Shown here: positions 61,083-64,000 of the stretch, one piece after another
How the letters are laid out: each line of letters begins with the position of its first letter
How positions within the stretch are numbered: the stretch's first letter is position 1
DNA from: Amoebidium appalachense
Lineage: Eukaryota; Protista; Ichthyosporea
Assembly: GCA_963693365.1 (NCBI GenBank)
Contig: CAVNZM010000001.1
Span: forward strand, 8,448,907-8,512,906
Direction: 5' to 3'
DNA: 64,000 nucleotides
Notes under the pieces: generated by a model
The model's database searches: none
Told to the model about the DNA's origin: nothing
What the model saw: only the letters and a program-made list of their open reading frames with translations
Translations under genes and position numbers: made by a program

Positions 61083-63680
61083 GGGGAACCCCAACTAATT
61101 GATTTCTTTTAGTCTCTATAGTGTCTCGTAGAGAAAGTAAACCCTAATATATAGTCATCACCCGACATCTATGTACGTGATCATGATATACCGCTGAGGG
61201 GATATTCCGAGCAAACCCCCCCCCATACCTGAGACTGGTTTCTCTTTGCCTCGAGTAAACAGCGCAAACCCCTTCCATCTCCGTCGCTGAATCCGTCGAT
61301 GACTATTATGCTTCCCTATTTTCGCTTCCTAACGTGTCCACGGATCCATCACCGCCCGCTGGCCTCTCCCAGCCGCCGAGTTGGGAGCCGGACCGATCGT
61401 TCCCGGGCACTTTTCACAGTTATTTCAACTCTTCGGCTGTTTTTGGTGCTATACGGGCGTTAAAACCCCGCAAGGCGTGCGGGCCGGATGCTCTTCCTCC
61501 CGTGCTTTTCAAGGTTCTTTCTCCCGTGCTTCCGCCCCGTAATCGTGCAGAGTCCCCCCCGCCCCCGCCTTTTGCTGTCCTTCTTAGTGAGTTTTTTTCG
61601 GCTTTTTTCGAACACGGGTTTATTCCAAATTCGTGGCTTGACACAATCGTTACGCCCGTTCGTAAGAAGGTATCGCAGGGGGTCATTAACGACTTTCGTC
61701 CCGTCACACTTACCAACGTTTTTCGTCGGCTCTTCGATGGTTGCATGCTTCGCGCGTTTAACACCGACGATTCTTTAAACGCCGTGTTCCGTCTTTCTTC
61801 CCTTCAAGGGGGCTTTCGTCATGCCTATTCGTGTTATACCGCAGCCTGTTACTCCATGAATCCACTACTTCTGGCTCTCCACACGTTGTCTTCATCGACC
61901 TTAAGAACGCCTACGACACTGTACCCACTGGTTTGTTATGGCATAAGCTGGCTATGCGCATAGGGGCTTACCAGCCCCCTTTGGCCGTCTTCTGCAAGCG
62001 CTGTTCGATACCACTCGCGGCCAGACGAGCGGCGGCCAATGGAACATTAACACCCGGTTTTTCCCGTTCTCGGGGTCTTCTGCAGGGGTCCCTCCTGAGT
62101 CCGTTGTTGTTTGACGTTTTCATTGACGATTTAGCCTGCGCCCTCGAACCCTTTGGCCAACTGCATACCCGCCGTGTACCGGGTCTCCTTTTTGCGGACG
62201 ATATTGTTCTTTGTTCCTTAACCGAAGATGTCATGCACCAGATGCTTCGTCAGGTGGATCAATGGTGCACCGAGAATCTCATGCATATGACAGTCGGAAT
62301 TGCAAAGTGTGCTACTTTTTCGAAAAACGCTTCCTTTCAATTGGCCGGTCTTCCTATTCCTGTTCAGAGCACCTATGACTATTTGGGTATTCCTTTTACT
62401 GCACGGGGTATTGATTTCCGCAAGCTCCTCACGACACGCATCGCTCGTGCGAAGGGTAAGCTTAACACATCGTGTCAAATATGTTTCAACGGGAGTCTGT
62501 GATCCATCCTGCGAACCTTCTTCTCTACTATAATACTTTTTTACGGCCGACTTTCGAATATGGACTTCCGCTATTGGCCTGCGCCCCACCTCGCAAGGCG
62601 GCCGTGGCGCTGAAAGAGTTCGACGATTTTCAGGGTACTGCGCTGCGCACTTTGTTTCGTACTCGGTTTGTGCCTCCCTTAATCAGTATGTTTGGATTGT
62701 CGTCTGCTGTTTGTCGTATGGAGGAATTGTCTCTTCGTTTTTGTTTTCATTTAGTTAACCTACCTGATGGTCACCCTCTTTATGCTTTCTTTCCCCCCCC
62801 TCCCTCCATCCGTCTTCCCCCCCGATTCACTAACGCTACTTCTGAATGTCCTCAGCCTACCCTCTTTCAACCTGATTCTTCCTCTCGCTATCTCACTCCC
62901 TCTTTCTTTTCTCTTCCTGTTTTTTCTGCCTTTTCGCGTTATTACCATACGCAGTATGAGTTTCTTTCTCGTTCTGATAGAGAAATCAAAGGTAAAACTC
63001 AGTCAGCATGTGTTATGTTCCTTAGGCAACACCGTACTGATCATTAATGCTTTTGGGAGCTTTGGCAGGATATATTTCTCCTACTGTACGTATGGATACC
63101 ACCCTAGTAGATAAGTCTGTATGGTGCTCTGATGTTGATATTGCCTGGGAAGTTGTGCAGTGGTGTTGTAATTTTTGTTTTCATCGCCGCTGGTGCCACT
63201 TTTGTGCTGAACCTTTTAATCGCAAGCATGTTGATAGGTGTGAGTTTTTATGTCGCATTTTACCTCTTTCCCTACGGGTGTCTGCTACACTGGCTGGCAA
63301 TGTGACCACTTTAGACTTTTTGTTGAATTCTGTTGGTCGTCACATTGAGTATTTATATGATTTCCACACAGTGTTCAGGTATCTCAGTATGCACTTGTTA
63401 CTGGATAACTCGTGAAGTTTTTTTTATTGTCTTCTCAGTATGCCGTGCATACTTGCATATCTTTCCGTCGAATAAATCCAGTCAAAAGAAAATATTACGT
63501 CTATTGACTATCTGTTGAACCACGGTATGTTTAACGAGTTTTCTAGGGTGTATGATTATTTAAGTCGTTATCTCCTCCGTATCCGAGAGTGAGGGCTTTT
63601 GTATTTTTCTTCTCCGAGATATCGGTGATATCTCGATGGCTTCTATTTTGCTGAGCATATCAATAAAGTCATTATAAAAG
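60240..63680 (+). mobile_element. Decayed non-LTR retrotransposon (LINE) ORF2: APE endonuclease, reverse transcriptase, C-terminal Zn knuckle
   Basis: APE remnants FIGDFN (about 60415) and SDHSPV (about 60640). RT motifs KACGPD, FRPVTL, QGGFR, FIDLKNAYDTV, GLLQGSLLSPLLF, LLFADD, YDYLGIPF. C-terminal CHFC..KH...C. Stops and frameshifts throughout; AATAAA near 63662. The 5' boundary is approximate. Confidence 0.92.
61052..61270 (-). mobile_element. 219-bp insertion with 10-bp TSD and a terminal A30/T30 tract (SINE-like)
   Basis: CCTTCCATCT at 61042-61051 and 61271-61280 flanks the insert; A30 at 61052-61081. Removing the insert and one TSD copy restores the LINE frame (APSPSI-SVAESVDDYYASLF-..STDPSPP). 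The strand assignment assumes the tract is a 3' tail. Confidence 0.8.
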
Positions 63681-63904
63681 AAATTCAATGCCATGGGCGG
63701 AGGACGGGGTAGTGATTATCGACTTCCCCCCTCGGCCTGAGGCTCTCGCTCGGCCCCCTTCCCCGCCGGCCTGGGGGGGGGGGGGGGGGGGGGGGGGAGG
63801 GGGGGGGGGGGGCTCGGGAGGGGAAGGGGACACTGGGGGAGAGGGGGGGGGGAAGGGGAGGGAGGGGGGAGCTCGGGAGGGGGAGGGGGGCATTGTGGGA
63901 AAGG

Positions 63905-63940
<36 letters not shown>

Positions 63941-64000
63941 ACCACCACCCCGCCGGCCTAGATGAGTCCGGGAATTCAAGGGGGGGGCAGGGGGGGAGGC

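Noticed and set aside
63680-64000. Weak similarity (CATGGGCGG, CCTGAGGC) to repeats in the 30-34 kb island
   Set aside because: The matches are too short and the region is cut off by the window end.

Overview
Eukaryotic genomic DNA, probably from an opisthokont; an intron-rich unicellular holozoan or early-diverging fungus is my inference only. Introns and intergenic DNA are dominated by (CA)n/(GT)n microsatellites and G/C homopolymers, so almost the whole supplied ORF track (HT-, CV-, poly-P and poly-G ORFs) is noise. Manual splicing recovers six multi-exon genes: UBA2/SAE2 (+, 5'-partial), PCID2/THP1 (-), a PX-domain + PHO80/Pcl-type cyclin fusion (+), a short LETM1-domain protein (+), PP5/PPP5C (+) and a GDA1/CD39 (ENTPD5/6-like) nucleoside diphosphatase (+). 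A repeat-rich island at about 28.3-37.7 kb holds an intronless, 5'-truncated, frameshifted GH18 chitinase fused back-to-back to an inverted remnant of a paralog, plus two related TA-flanked MITE-like elements. A decayed APE-RT non-LTR retrotransposon near the end contains a 219-bp TSD-flanked insertion whose A30 tract is at the unexpected end. Most notable: the PX-cyclin architecture, two U12-type (minor spliceosome) introns including one apparent AT-AA intron, two convergent genes with stop codons 3 bp apart, and many 3' splice sites with no polypyrimidine tract.
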